Below, piece by piece: positions 1-11,315 of a stretch of DNA of 64,000 nucleotides; within the stretch, counting starts at the first letter, position 1, and each line of letters opens with the position of its first letter. The stretch is from Vicugna vicugna. Its lineage: Eukaryota. The position numbers were made by a program, and so were the translations under genes. The stretch covers positions 186,001-250,000 of the forward strand of contig MU058418.1 in assembly GCA_013265495.1 (NCBI GenBank), given 5' to 3'. The notes beneath the pieces were generated by a model. The model was not told the DNA's origin. It ran no database searches and saw only the letters and a list, made by a program, of their open reading frames with translations.

Positions 1-164
1 GTTGCCACAATCATTTCACCAGGGCAATTTGAGAACCAGCACCCGCATATCTGGGATCAAACTGGGGCTTAGAGTATGTGGGTGACAGGACACCGCTGAT
101 CTGCAATTGGTTTGGGGTCTGAGTCTCTTGAGTTCTGTGTGGCTCAGGAGGTGTTTGGCTCCTG

Positions 165-345
165 AGACGGTGTGGTGGAGAGAAAAAAACCTGGGTTCAA
201 ATTCTGGCACTGCAATTTGCCAGGTGTGTGAATTTAGGCAGTAAACCTTCTCTCTGCTTCCACACCACAAAACAGAGATAATGACAGCGCCCCAGACACG
301 AAGTCTTTATGAGAATTAAACGAGATAGATAGCATACACACCCTT
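165..345 (+). mobile_element. MIR SINE remnant (others at about 10970-11130, 25300-25395, 28650-28860, 39480-39700, 55240-55400, 59140-59330)
   Basis: MIR core phrases such as ctgggttcaaattctggc, gagaattaaacgaga and ttacaggtgaggaaattgaggctcagag. Confidence 0.65.
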
Positions 346-983
346 CAGGGTCTTAGCTTTCTTGTCTTACTAGGCTTAATTAGGGAACTTACCTCATAGG
401 GCTTCTGAGATGATTACCAGCGACAATCCAGGTGCAGCTCTCAGCCTGCCTGGCGTACTGTAGATACTCAAGGAGTTTGGGGCCCTTACAGCGAGAGCAG
501 ATGATCAATGTTCCTTCCTTCCCGACCACTGGCCAGGGGAGTTTAGATTTCTCTGGAAGCTCCCCTAAAGAGTCCATTGAATCTCACCATTCCAATGATC
601 AGGATAATTTTGGTGTGGAGTTCTTATTTCTGAGAATTGGCTTTTACAAGTAAGCCCACATATATTGAAATTCTATGATTTTTTTTTCTTTTTTGGATGG
701 GGTAGAAAGCAAAGATACCTACAACCAGAAGGGACCTGAAGAATTTCACCTTCCTTCAAGTCTTACTCAAACTCGGTCACGGAGTTACTGTTTGGAGCCC
801 CGGCCTCTGACCTGCCCTCACCTGCACGAGGCTTAAGCACAGGTGTAAGGACTTACCACTGAGCACTCACTGCAGGAGGCGTGTTCCAATTACAAGCCAC
901 AACTTGCTTTATAGCTCCTGACCCTTGGGTCTCCAAAATGCTTCTCTGATAGCTTGGGACATTATTTTTACTGTGAAATATTA

Positions 984-989
984 TTTAAT
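984..989 (-). terminator. Candidate distal poly(A) signal ATTAAA of BEND3 (TATAAA variants at 1424-1439 are alternatives)
   Basis: Plus-strand tttaat in an AU-rich block at the end of the UTR-like region. Confidence 0.35.
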
Positions 990-2112
990 GATTTATAATT
1001 CACCAAAAAGAAGAGGTAAGAAAAAACACACAACCTTTTGTTATCAGTTAGTAGTATGTTAGCTTTGAGAACGGGGAGTGAACTGAAGCTCTGCCACTTT
1101 GGCAGTGGCGCGGGCCTGGCGCCCGCCCAGGGGAGGTAAGAGAAGGTCAGCGTGCCTCAGCGGCACAGCTGGGAAGCCGTTTGTGTAGAAACGGGCTAGG
1201 CTTTATGTGGCGACGGCTCAGTCATTCAGCTGTGACAAACTGTAATCTGGGAGCTGCTCCCCGATGCCCAGTGTGGGAGCCCAGGAGGCCGAGGTGCCCC
1301 GAGTGTCCACGCCCTCCCCTCCCCTAGGAGCTGGGAGGAGGCCGCATGCAAACACCACCAGACTCAGACGTGAGAGACCTGCCCTAGGAAAATGAGATGT
1401 TGCGAGACCATATTTTTTCTATTTTTATAACATTTTATATAACTCATAAAACAGTGCTTGTATAAAAATTCACACAAAGTTGCTAGAGAGCATACAATTT
1501 CCAAAAATGTCCTGGGTTTTTGTTACATTCAGTTTTCTAAGGATGCACTCAAATCAATGGTAAAATGCAGACATTATGCGATATTTCATTATCTTTGGTA
1601 AAACTATTCTCATTATTTTGTCTCCTCACAGTATTAACTCTGATATCCACTTTGTGCAGGGTCTGCTATCACTAGGATGTCAGAAAAACATTAAGGCTGG
1701 ATCTACACGAGGCAAGTATTTCCAAATGGCAGTAAGAGCTCCTTGCCCCCTCCCCCACCGCCCCACTTGATATCGTCTTATCTGTTTACTCAGCCAGCAG
1801 GGTAAGAGCTCAATGACCTCCAATCAGGGGTCTTGAGACCCTCCTCCTCAATCAGGCAAGAAGCAAACATGCGCGGGGAAAGGTGGACACTGAGGCCATC
1901 TCTGCAGGAACCCAAGTGGCCATTCTGCGGTGTGTCAAGCCAGCGACTCTTACCATTTAAACAGCTAATCCGTTCACCACTAAGTAGATCCCATTGGTTG
2001 GTTGATGATTGCTGCTGATGTGGTGGCCCCTCCCCACAAACGTAAAAAGAAAGGAAGGTTGAGGCCAGCACTGAAGGGGGAGGGGCACACTAACACCCAT
2101 GACACTGGACAC

Positions 2113-2118
2113 TTTATT
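2113..2118 (-). terminator. Candidate proximal poly(A) signal AATAAA of BEND3
   Basis: Plus-strand tttatt. On the minus strand it is followed by GU-rich GTGTCCAGTGTCATGGGTGTTAGTGTG and preceded by a UGUA about 70 nt upstream. Confidence 0.5.
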
Positions 2119-3178
2119 CCCTGTCAAACTTGTGTTGTCATGTAGACACAGCCAAAGTGAACTGAAGCAGGATTAGAACACTTAGTACATTCGTGACTAT
2201 CTTCATACATTCTTTAAAAACTCACTAACAGAGAAAAAGGAGGGACGCTACCGCCTATTGTGACTTGCTATTTTACTTAACATCAGAATGTGTCTGTGCT
2301 ACTTCTTTAGTCCTCCGGATATGAGGTCAAAAAAAAAAAATCTGAAAAAACAAACAAGTGAAAAAATCAAATTTAGATAGAGAGGGAGAAGGGGTTGTGC
2401 CAACAGATTTTATGGAAAACATTAAATTCTAAAAAACATTTAGTATTTTGTACTTCTATTGCTTCATGTAAAAAAAAACTGCCTCTGGAGCCCACCTGTA
2501 TGGCTGGAGCGCTGAGGACACCACACAGACAGACACAGGACCCACAGGCGTTTCCTGATGAGTCAGTCCAGAAAGACAAGAAACAGCTCAGAGTGTGTCC
2601 ACCTCTCTTCACTGAAAGGGACTCTAAGAACTGGGGGGAAGAAGCTCTACACAGGAAAGGTATTAAAGAAATCACCAAAATATGGTTTCCAAAAAGTGAA
2701 CATGCTCTAGGTTATAAACAGACATATTTCATTCCTAGAACCTGTTGATTTCTCTACTGTGGGCAGACAGGATTTTTTAATTATTATTATTAAATGATTG
2801 TGCTTCTGAAGTTGCAGGGTCACATTCCACTCTCCAGAAAGCAGAGCAATTTTCACATGGCTTGGAATCCTCTTGGATACATCCTAGAGACCAGAACAAA
2901 TTCCACAGCACTCTCCCTCCAGCCGGGCTGGTGAGCGAGGGCCGCTACTGTCTTTGGGTCGGGCGTGTGCGCGGGCGTGCGAGCGGGCATGCATCCGTGT
3001 GCTGGAGAGACTAAGGCATAGAGAAAGGCCCAGGTGAGGGGGAAGTGAGTCTCTGGCTGCTCCAGTCCTCCTCCTTTCCAGGCACAAAGAGGTTGAGCTT
3101 GTTATTCATGTGGATCCCCTTCATCTCACTTCAATTTTAGTAAGAAATGTTTGTGGGCGTGGGCGTGTGGGTGGGTGG

Positions 3179-3195
3179 NNNNNNNNNNNNNNNNN
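3179..3195. other. Assembly gap (17 N) inside a (GTGG)n simple repeat
   Basis: Ns flanked by gtgggcgtgggcgtgtgggtgggtgg and tgggtgggtggg. Confidence 0.99.
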
Positions 3196-4226
3196 TGGGT
3201 GGGTGGGAGAGTCATTTTGTTCCTGTGCATTTCTAAATTTCAATAATTTAGGTCCGCAGTTTCAAACAGAAATAATCTGTAAATGACATTTAAAAGCAAA
3301 TTTACTAAAGTTAGATCAGCAACTTACATTGCTCAAAATCCTGTCATATAAAAAAAGAAAAATGCCCACTGGGTGCAGGCAAGATTCCGTCATACAGCCA
3401 CTGGAACTGAAGTCCTTATCTGTATAAAGAAAATTCACAGATTGTTTCTATTATTTCTGCATTTTAAGGTAACAAAATATTAAGCCATTAGGTTATGAAA
3501 TCTGTAACATTCCACCAGGGTTTTACAACTACCCTGTGTGATTCATTTTCCAGCTTTCTGGTATGCTGTACTGTGTCTGGGTTAGACTGTTTCCTTTCCC
3601 TCTTAGGCACTGGCCCCCAAAGTCAGGTAGCTAAGTATTGTTTTTACATGAAGGACTTCACTGGGTGGGGAGTTTCCTGGTTGGAATCCCAGAGAGCATG
3701 CCGCTGGTGTGGAGCAGTGTGACCTTCCCAACCAGTGGGGAGAGAACAGGTGTCTCACCCCGAGGACAAGGGACTGGCCAGATGAAGGACAGCAGGACCT
3801 TCTAGGGGGCCCAAGGGGAAAGCTCTGAGTGGACCCTGGGAAGGGACAGGGGAGCCCCATTTGAGATGGCCTGTGTCCTTCCAAAACCAGGTATCCCCAA
3901 GAAGGCCCAAGGCCTGGCTGGGCCCACCCTGAGGAACAAGGATGTGTACTGACTGGAGGAGCTGACACTGAGGTGTGGTGAAGTCACCATACAGCTCCCA
4001 GAACCTGGGTTTTGTACAAATACACACATGGAAGTAAACAGTTCATGATGAGCCCAAAGAGGCCCACCCTTAAATCAAACAAGTAGCCAAGTATCCACAT
4101 GTATTGTTTTCCAAGGAAGTATGCCTGCCCCTCCAACCAGCATCCTCGTGTGGATAGGAAAGTGGGCAGTGGAAGGACACAGCTCAAATGAAGACAAGGT
4201 GAACGTGTTTCCACGTCTATCTACAT

Positions 4227-4263
4227 TCATATCATCATCATCATCCACATCATCATCATCATC
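4227..4263. repeat. Interrupted (ATC)n trinucleotide microsatellite in the 3' UTR
   Basis: catatcatcatcatcatccacatcatcatcatcatc. Confidence 0.9.
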
Positions 4264-5044
4264 CAGTGTTCTCGTCTACAGAGTGAGCACAGCATTCTAC
4301 TGGCGCAGCAACGTGGGACAGGCCAGGCTGCCCCCTAAGCCCCTCCCTCGGCACCCAGTGGGAAGGAGAGTGGACTGACCATGGTCAGAAAGGACATCAC
4401 CCTATTCCATCCCCTCTACTGCCATCCAAGAGGCATCTCGACTCTTCCAAAATCCAATGTAAAAGACAAGGTCAGTAAAATCCGTCCCTATGCCACCTGA
4501 AGCTATCATTAGCCATCATGCATGAACATGGCACTTCTAAAAATTTCATATATTTGAAACCATTAAAAAAAAAACAAAAACCAGCAACTTAAGTCATCTT
4601 ACAGTACTTCATCTCAAATATTTTAAAGATTTTTTTTCTAACTAAAATGGCCTCCAGAGAGCCCAGTGATTCTCTAAAAAGGATTTCTTTTTAATTAAAA
4701 AAAATTGATAAAAGTGGAAGATGTAAAACGTGGGAAGAGGAACAAGAGGGTTGCTCGATTTGCATTTCAAATTGTGAGGGGACTAGGACACCAATGCCAA
4801 GGAGAGGGAACCCTGACTCCTGAGGCCTCTCTGCTCTCATAGCTCGGCTCTCCCCAGACTCTGGCTGCACCACCAGAACACAGGGCAAAAGTCGTAAGTA
4901 CAAGAGACCAAATGCGAGGCTTCTTTCTTGTGGCTGGCTGGGCGCTTACGTGTGCAAAGGTCGTAGGCCACTCCCACCGACATAAGGTGCGCAGCTGTGG
5001 ACAGTCGCGAGCTCCGGCAGAAGGCTCAGTGCCCGCGGGGCCCA

Positions 5045-7291
5045 TCACTTCTCCACCTTCTTGGCTTTCTTCAGGATGTCGCATTTCTTCCGGTTGGGGC
5101 GGCGGCACCGTTCATCGATGCTCGGGATACATTCGTAGTGCCACACCTCCTCCATCTTCTCCACCGGGTAGACGGCCTCCACGTAGTGGCGGATGAGCCT
5201 CAGCCGCGTGGGGTCCAGTTGCTTCTTGTTGCAGGCCCCGGAGTGGTTGTACTGCAGCCGCAGGTTCTCGGCGGTGAAGAGTTCGGGGAAGAGCCTGACG
5301 AGCAGCCGGGCGGCGAAGTTGCCCACGGAGAGGCTCTGCTGCACGATCTCGCGCACCTCCTTGTCCGACAGCAGGTACGGCGAAGGCACCGGGAAGTCAG
5401 GCGAGGGCACCACCAGCTCGTCCAAGGGGATCTTGCAGAAGTCCTTGCTGCTCCTTTCAGGTGGGAGCGGGGGCCCCTCAAATTCCTCCCGGAACCGCTC
5501 GGGGTTGATTGCATAGCTGGCCAGGTCCCTGCACTCAGGGCCCGGCACGTGGACCTTGCGCTGCTGCTGGTAGGAGCGCCTCTGCTCCGTGTCCCGGCGC
5601 CGGCAGCGCTCGTCCAGTTTGCCCACGAACTCGAGCGTCCAGACGCGGTCGTTTTTGGCCCGGGGGTACAGCAGCTGCACGTAGTGGCGGATGAGCTTGA
5701 TGCGGGACGGGTCCAGCTGCTTCTTGCCCAGGGAGCCGCTGCAGTTGTATTGCTTGCGCAGGTTCTCGTGGGTGAAGAGCTCGGGGAACAGGTGCACGAG
5801 CAGGCGTGAGGCGAAGTTGCCGATGGACAGGCTGCTCTCGTAGATGCTGCGCAGCTGCTCCTTGCTGAGCAGGCAGTCGGCGCCGGGAACTTCGAAGTCG
5901 GGGTGTGGGATCTCCAGCTTGTCGAAGTCGATAGGCACCAGCCAGATCTTCTTGGACCGCCGGCCGGGTCGTTCGCCCTCGAAACTGTCTTCCACCTTGA
6001 CCACGGAGATGTCGTCAGGCAGGCTGGAGGAGTCGTAGCAGTCGTCCCGCGGGGGCTCGCCCTCGCTGCCCGCGTCCAGCCCCAGGCCCTCCAGCTCGTC
6101 GTTGATGCGCTGGGCGCACTGCTGCAGCCAGGCCTCCTCCTCCTGCATGTCGGGGAAGTAGATCTCCGTGTAGTTGCGGATGATCTGCAGCCTCTGCGGG
6201 TCCAGCTCCTGCTTGCCGCCATCCCCGTAGCAGCTGTACTGCTCGCCCAGCTTCCGGTGGTCGAAGAGCTCGGGGAAGAGCCGGTGGAGAAGGAAGACAG
6301 CGAATTCGCCAGGTGATGAGGCTTCGTCCAGGAACTCGGTGAGGTCTTGGGTGTCCACCACGTGGTCAGAGGCGATGGTGCTGCTCCGGTCCAGGGACAG
6401 GGCCTCCTCCTGGTCTTTGTTGTCTAGGAAGTGGCTAGTGTCCACCTGTTCGGCCTCGAAGAAGCCGGTGACCTGGCCGCTGGGCTGGCTGTCTTCCATT
6501 TCCCGCTGGGCCCAGAAGCGACTGAAGAAGTCATTCAGCTGGGGCAGGCACTCCGCCTGCCACACGGCTGTGTCCTTCACCGACGGGTAGTACACCTCCA
6601 CATAGTTGCGGATGAGCTGCAGGTGCAGCGACTCCAGCTTCCGCTTAGCTGCGAAGCCGCAGGCACTGCACCCCCGGGAGAAGTCCACGTCGCTGAAGAG
6701 CTCAGGGAAGAGCTGCACCAGCAGGCGGCAGGCCAGGTCGCCGCCTGACAGGCTCTGGTCCACAATCTGCTTGAGCTCGGCCGCCGTGAGCTGGTACTCC
6801 GGCGGCGGCTGGAACTTGGCCACCATCTCGGTGGGGCTCACCTGCTTCTTGATGCGGCTCACCTCCAAGGACAGCAGGTCCACCTTGCTGTGCAGCTGCG
6901 ACATGTTGGAGGAGAGCGTGTTGAGCATGTAGAACATCTTCTGGATGAGAAAGTAGATGTTGGGGTCACCGTCAGTGGCCGCTGCGGCACTGCCACAGTC
7001 CCGCTTCTGTGGCTCGTTCAGGAGCCGCAGCGGTGACGGGCTGTTGCTGGGGTTCGCCTTCTCGAAGAGCTCGTACGTGTTGAGCACATCCCCCGCGGGA
7101 GGGTTCTTCTTCTCCATGATCTTGTGCGAGATGCCGTACAGAGGCTTCTTGTAGGAGGGCGTGGTCACGTCACTGCCAGGCTCCTCCTCCCCGGGCCAGC
7201 CGGAGCTCAAGTTCTTGCCTCTGCCAGCTTGCTCCCCGTTACCCTGGCAGGGTGAGCTGTTCTCCCGGTTCCGCATGCCTGCTAGGAGCGC
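5045..7291 (-). CDS. BEND3: BEND3 terminal coding exon (aa 81-828, all four BEN domains)
   Basis: The ORF-track 743-aa ORF extends upstream to acceptor ttttgttttccag|GCGCTCCTAGCAGGCATG (AG at 7292-7293), adding ALLAG. There are four LFPELF BEN signatures (6695-6712, 6263-6280, 5774-5791, 5276-5293) and the VKVED SUMO motif. The C-terminus is KKAKKVEK and the stop is at 5045-5047. The sequence matches recalled mammalian BEND3. Confidence 0.98.
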   Translation of the reverse strand, partial: ALLAGMRNRENSSPCQGNGEQAGRGKNLSSGWPGEEEPGSDVTTPSYKKPLYGISHKIMEKKNPPAGDVLNTYELFEKANPSNSPSPLRLLNEPQKRDCGSAAAATDGDPNIYFLIQKMFYMLNTLSSNMSQLHSKVDLLSLEVSRIKKQVSPTEMVAKFQPPPEYQLTAAELKQIVDQSLSGGDLACRLLVQLFPELFSDVDFSRGCSACGFAAKRKLESLHLQLIRNYVEVYYPSVKDTAVWQAECLPQLNDFFSRFWAQREMEDSQPSGQVTGFFEAEQVDTSHFLDNKDQEEALSLDRSSTIASDHVVDTQDLTEFLDEASSPGEFAVFLLHRLFPELFDHRKLGEQYSCYGDGGKQELDPQRLQIIRNYTEIYFPDMQEEEAWLQQCAQRINDELEGLGLDAGSEGEPPRDDCYDSSSLPDDISVVKVEDSFEGERPGRRSKKIWLVPIDFDKLEIPHPDFEVPGADCLLSKEQLRSIYESSLSIGNFASRLLVHLFPELFTHENLRKQYNCSGSLGKKQLDPSRIKLIRHYVQLLYPRAKNDRVWTLEFVGKLDERCRRRDTEQRRSYQQQRKVHVPGPECRDLASYAINPERFREEFEGPPLPPERSSKDFCKIPLDELVVPSPDFPVPSPYLLSDKEVREIVQQSLSVGNFAARLLVRLFPELFTAENLRLQYNHSGACNKKQLDPTRLRLIRHYVEAVYPVEKMEEVWHYECIPSIDERCRRPNRKKCDILKKAKKVEK

Positions 7292-8369
7292 CTGGAAAAC
7301 AAAAAGTGCATTATGTGAGTGTTCTGATTTACTGCACTAGACACAGGTTTGTGTCACCACACACAGAGGGGCCAAGGTCAATCTTGAGAGCATGTGAGAA
7401 AGTGCCTGCCTTACCCCGGAATCATTCTGCCAGACTAGGAATGTATCACTAACACAAGCCTGCATCCCAGTGCCAAACCTGCTCACTCTCCCTACTTCCT
7501 GAGAGGCTCATGCCCTACCCGAAGGCTTCCCATTCCTGTAGGACACCAGCCTGGACTTCTGGTCTACAGGGCCTGGCAGGAGACAAGGACAGAAGCTGGT
7601 AAAGCTGGGAGAGTCCTGTGAAGGATGGGAGAAAGGGCTCAGGAACACAAGAGGCTCCTGTGGTGGCCCGGCCATCCGCAGGCCACCTCACTGATAGGAA
7701 GGATTCCTGCCTAGGACAGTTCTAGAAAGCAGCAGCGTGTTCTCCAGTCTGCAGCCTCCAGGAGAGCAGATGTCTCCACTCTGGACAGCTCCCGAGATGC
7801 ACAGTGCTTAGCACGGAAGAACTGGGGTCTAGAGAGCACCAGACTGATGCCAGCTCTACCACTGCCTGAAGTGGCGTCTTATCTAAGACTGGAAAACAGC
7901 TAGCCCAGAACTCCCCTGAGCTTACAGAACTGCGGGTTCTGTGAGGTGATGGGGCCTCCCACGTTTCTAAGTCTCGGTCTCCTTGTTGGTTCAGCAGCCC
8001 TTTTCAATTAGAAAGCCATAAGAGGATGAAGCTCCATGTCCTAAAGCATCCCTTGTATGTAATGAATTAATACCTCTCCTATGTGGCTAGAAGGGTACTT
8101 GCTACATACTATCCAGCCTTACTCAACAGAGGACAGTGAGAGAATTAAGCCCGACCAAAAATGGTTTCAGGGATTATTTCCTCAGCTCGTCCAAGGCTAG
8201 CACACTCTGTGGATCCACTCTTGCTGAACTCCCATGGCAAGTTCAAAAGACTCCAAAGCTTGAGTCCAAGCCCCGGAAGGCAGTTGATCTGACTATTTGA
8301 AAACTCAGAGTACTCACTGCTTTCACTGGTGGTTTTCCCTATTGCCAGGCCCTGGACAGTTTAACAGGC

Positions 8370-9750
8370 TCATTTACATATACACGACAACTGATTTTCA
8401 ACACAGGTTCAAAGGCAATTCAGTGGAGAAAGGATAATCTCTTTAACAAATGATGCTGGAACAATTGGACATACATATAAAAAAAAATAGCCTTTCATCC
8501 TGTGTATAGCATATAAAAATGAACTAAAATTGGATCATGGATGTAAAAATAAAAACTAACTTAAAATTCTAACACTTACAGAAGAAAACATAAGAGCAAT
8601 CATTTATGATCTTGTTTCATGCAAATATTTCTCATATAAAATACTGTAAGCATGATCCATAAGAGAACAAACTGATAAACTGGACTTCATCAAAATTTAA
8701 AACTTCTTTAAAAGAATGAAAAACAAGCCCAGGAGGAAGAAAATACTGGAAAATCATTTATCTGATAAAGGACCTGAATCCAGAATACATGAAGAACTCT
8801 CAGCTCAATAATGACATACAATGATTTCAGCAGCCATTTCAAAGAAGACATATAAATGGCAGTTAAGCACATAAAAAGATACTTAGTAACATGCACATTA
8901 AAACACTGAGATACCACATCACCCCACTAGAATGGGTGTAATCAAAAAGAGAATACTTAGTGCTGGAGATGACAGGAAGGAACTAGAACTCTCATACACC
9001 GCTCTGGTGGATATAAAATGGTATAACCACTTTGAAAAATGGTTGGTATTTCTTTAAAAAGTTCAACATATATGAGACCATATGATCTGGTCTTCCATTC
9101 CTAGGTACTTATTTACCAAGCTATATAAAAGCACATGATCATACAGAGACTTGTATGCAGATGTTCATGACAGCTGTGTTTGTAAATAGCCCCAAACTGG
9201 AAACAACCCAGATTTTTATCAACAAGTACATAGATATGCTGTGTTATACTCATGCAATGGAACACAACTTAGCAATAGAGCTGATAGACATGGTACTCGT
9301 GGTGAATCTAAAAATAATTAAGCTGAGTGAAAAAAAATCAGACAAACGAAAGAAGCCAGACTGTATGATTCCATTCATATAAACTAGAAAATGCAAACTC
9401 ATCTAAAAGAAAGCAGAGTAGCGGTTACCTGGAGATGGGACCCAAGGAAACTTTCATGGTAGTAGATGATGGATATGTTTCTCATCCTGACTGTGGCATG
9501 GTTTCACCAGTATAAATGTCAAAACATTTCAAATGGTATGCTTTAAGTTTTTGCTTGTGGTGCTTTTTGGGGGTGGGGAGTAATTAGGTTTATTTACTTA
9601 TTCATTTATTTATTTAATGGAGGTACTGGAGATCAAGCCCAGGACTTTGTGCATGCTAAGCACGCACTCTACCACTGAGCCATACCCTCCCCCCATCAAA
9701 CGGTACACTTAAAATATGTGCTATTCATTATATTTCAGTCATAAATCTGT
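8370..9750 (+). mobile_element. Old LINE-1 (L1M-type) ORF2 3' part and 3' UTR, degenerate
   Basis: Typical L1 phrases: caactgattttc...ggaacaattggacat, actggacttcatcaaaatttaaaacttc, aactggaaacaaccc, ctgtatgattccattcatata. Confidence 0.88.
9564..9695 (-). mobile_element. tRNA-Ala-derived camelid SINE (Vic-1 type), inserted in an L1 3' end
   Basis: Reverse complement has GCTCAGTGGTAGAG...CTTAGCATGCAC and an AAATAAACCTAATTAC tail. Degenerate TSD tcaaatggta/tcaaacggta. Confidence 0.88.
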
Positions 9751-11145
9751 TTTTGATAAATGTTGAATTTGACCCCAAAACGTACTGGAATATACTTTTG
9801 AGGGCCTAATTAGGCAGAAGACCTAGATGGTTAGCACTGCTGGGTGTCAGGGCAGCAGGCAGGGCTGAAGCACAGAGCATGTACTTCCATAGTCATGCAC
9901 GTGCCTCGGGCAACTAGAAAATGACAGGAACAAAGTGCATCCTTAGGATGCTTCCCTGCCTGGGGAGAAATAAGGTTGGCATAGCCTGGCCTAGCCCAGT
10001 GCTTCTGAAGTCTAATATCCATATGAATTGCTTGGGCTTTAGTTAGAATACAGATTCTGATTCCTGGCTCTGCATTTCTAACAAGCTGTTGGGCCTCTCT
10101 GGGTGGCCAGGGCCTGGAAGACAGAGTCTGCCCTCAGTTTATCTCATCCAGGCAGATTCAGGATCATTTTAAGCATTCTGATAACTAATGCCAAGCACAA
10201 TAGTACATGAGGTGCTTTTCTCTTGCAGCCTAAAAAAATGCAGGGAAAAGAGACAATCTCAAGGGGCTGGAGTTGCAACAGCAGGTTAGCAACATGTAGG
10301 CCCAGAGTGGAAAGAAACCATGAGGTCTTATAAACATATGAAACTTTGATCCTTCTGAACATCCCACATGTTATGGTTCATTTAAATTAATGAATTACCT
10401 CCTGGACCCTCTCTTTTAGATAACAGAATCACTAGACTCATATTAGACAAAGGTTAATTTTTCTCTTGCATCTCTGTTGACAACAACTATGCAAAAGAAC
10501 TGCTACTTTATACTCTCAGGAACCTGAAGATAAAGGAATTCTTTTAGGTGTTTTAATTATCCCACAGAGGTAGCCAATACTTTCTTCAGGGTTTGTTTGT
10601 ATAAGCTGATGATGAGTCAGAGGCCCCTGTCCCTCCTACCCCCAACCCGTCCACCCCTGCCCAAAACCTTCCCATGAGCAAAGGACCAGGGGCACGCTGG
10701 GCTGGGGGGAGCCTGCCCCTCTCCGTCATGGGGTCTCCTCACCAAGCTGCCCCATCCTCATCACACTGCATGATGTATGGGACCAGGTCATTCCTGAGTC
10801 TACTCCTAGTGTCTTGCAAAGTGCCTGGGACACAGAAGAGCTAATGAATATTTGTTAAGCAACGTGTCTACTACTCTCAAATATATGCTTAAGAAAAAGA
10901 AGCTGTTCAGAGAGGCCACTGGCTTCATGAATAACACAACTGTAGATAAGCAGAAAGGAGTGGATAGGTCCTCTGTGTGACTTTTTGTGCCTCCACTTCC
11001 TGTGTGTAACTCCGGGATATGCAATGGGACCTGTCTCACAGGGCAGCTGTGAGGACCTACTGAGATAATGTATGTGAAGTGCTGAGCTGGTGTCTGAATC
11101 ACAGTAAGTCCTTAATAAATATCTACTGTTACAGTATGATTATTA

Positions 11146-11315
11146 CTGTTATTATTTTTAATATTTTACTTACTTATTTTGGTTTTTTGCTTGTTTGGGG
11201 GGGTAATCAGCTTTATTTATTTACTTAGTCATTTTAGAGGAGGTACTGGGGATTGAACCTAGGACCTCATACATGCTAAGCATGTGCTCTACCACTGAGC
11301 TATACCCTCCCCACC
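11146..11315 (-). mobile_element. tRNA-Ala-derived camelid SINE with 14-bp TSD
   Basis: A box, B box (GGTTCAATCC) and A-rich tail. TSD cagtatgattatta at 11132-11145 and 11316-11329. Confidence 0.92.

Larger units (their letters stand above)
965..5044 (-). other. BEND3: BEND3 3' UTR (distal end uncertain)
   Basis: Region after the stop codon with no interspersed repeats that I can recognise. It has U-rich blocks, miRNA seed matches and several poly(A) hexamers. Confidence 0.7.

Noticed and set aside
4997..6932. Long alternative-frame and antisense ORFs over exon 4 (270 aa at 4997-5809 +, 340 aa at 5200-6222 -, others)
   Set aside because: Expected shadows of a GC3-rich coding exon; low-complexity translations with no recognisable domains.
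7274..7276. MRNREN as the BEND3 start codon
   Set aside because: Internal Met86; upstream spliced exons supply the N-terminus.
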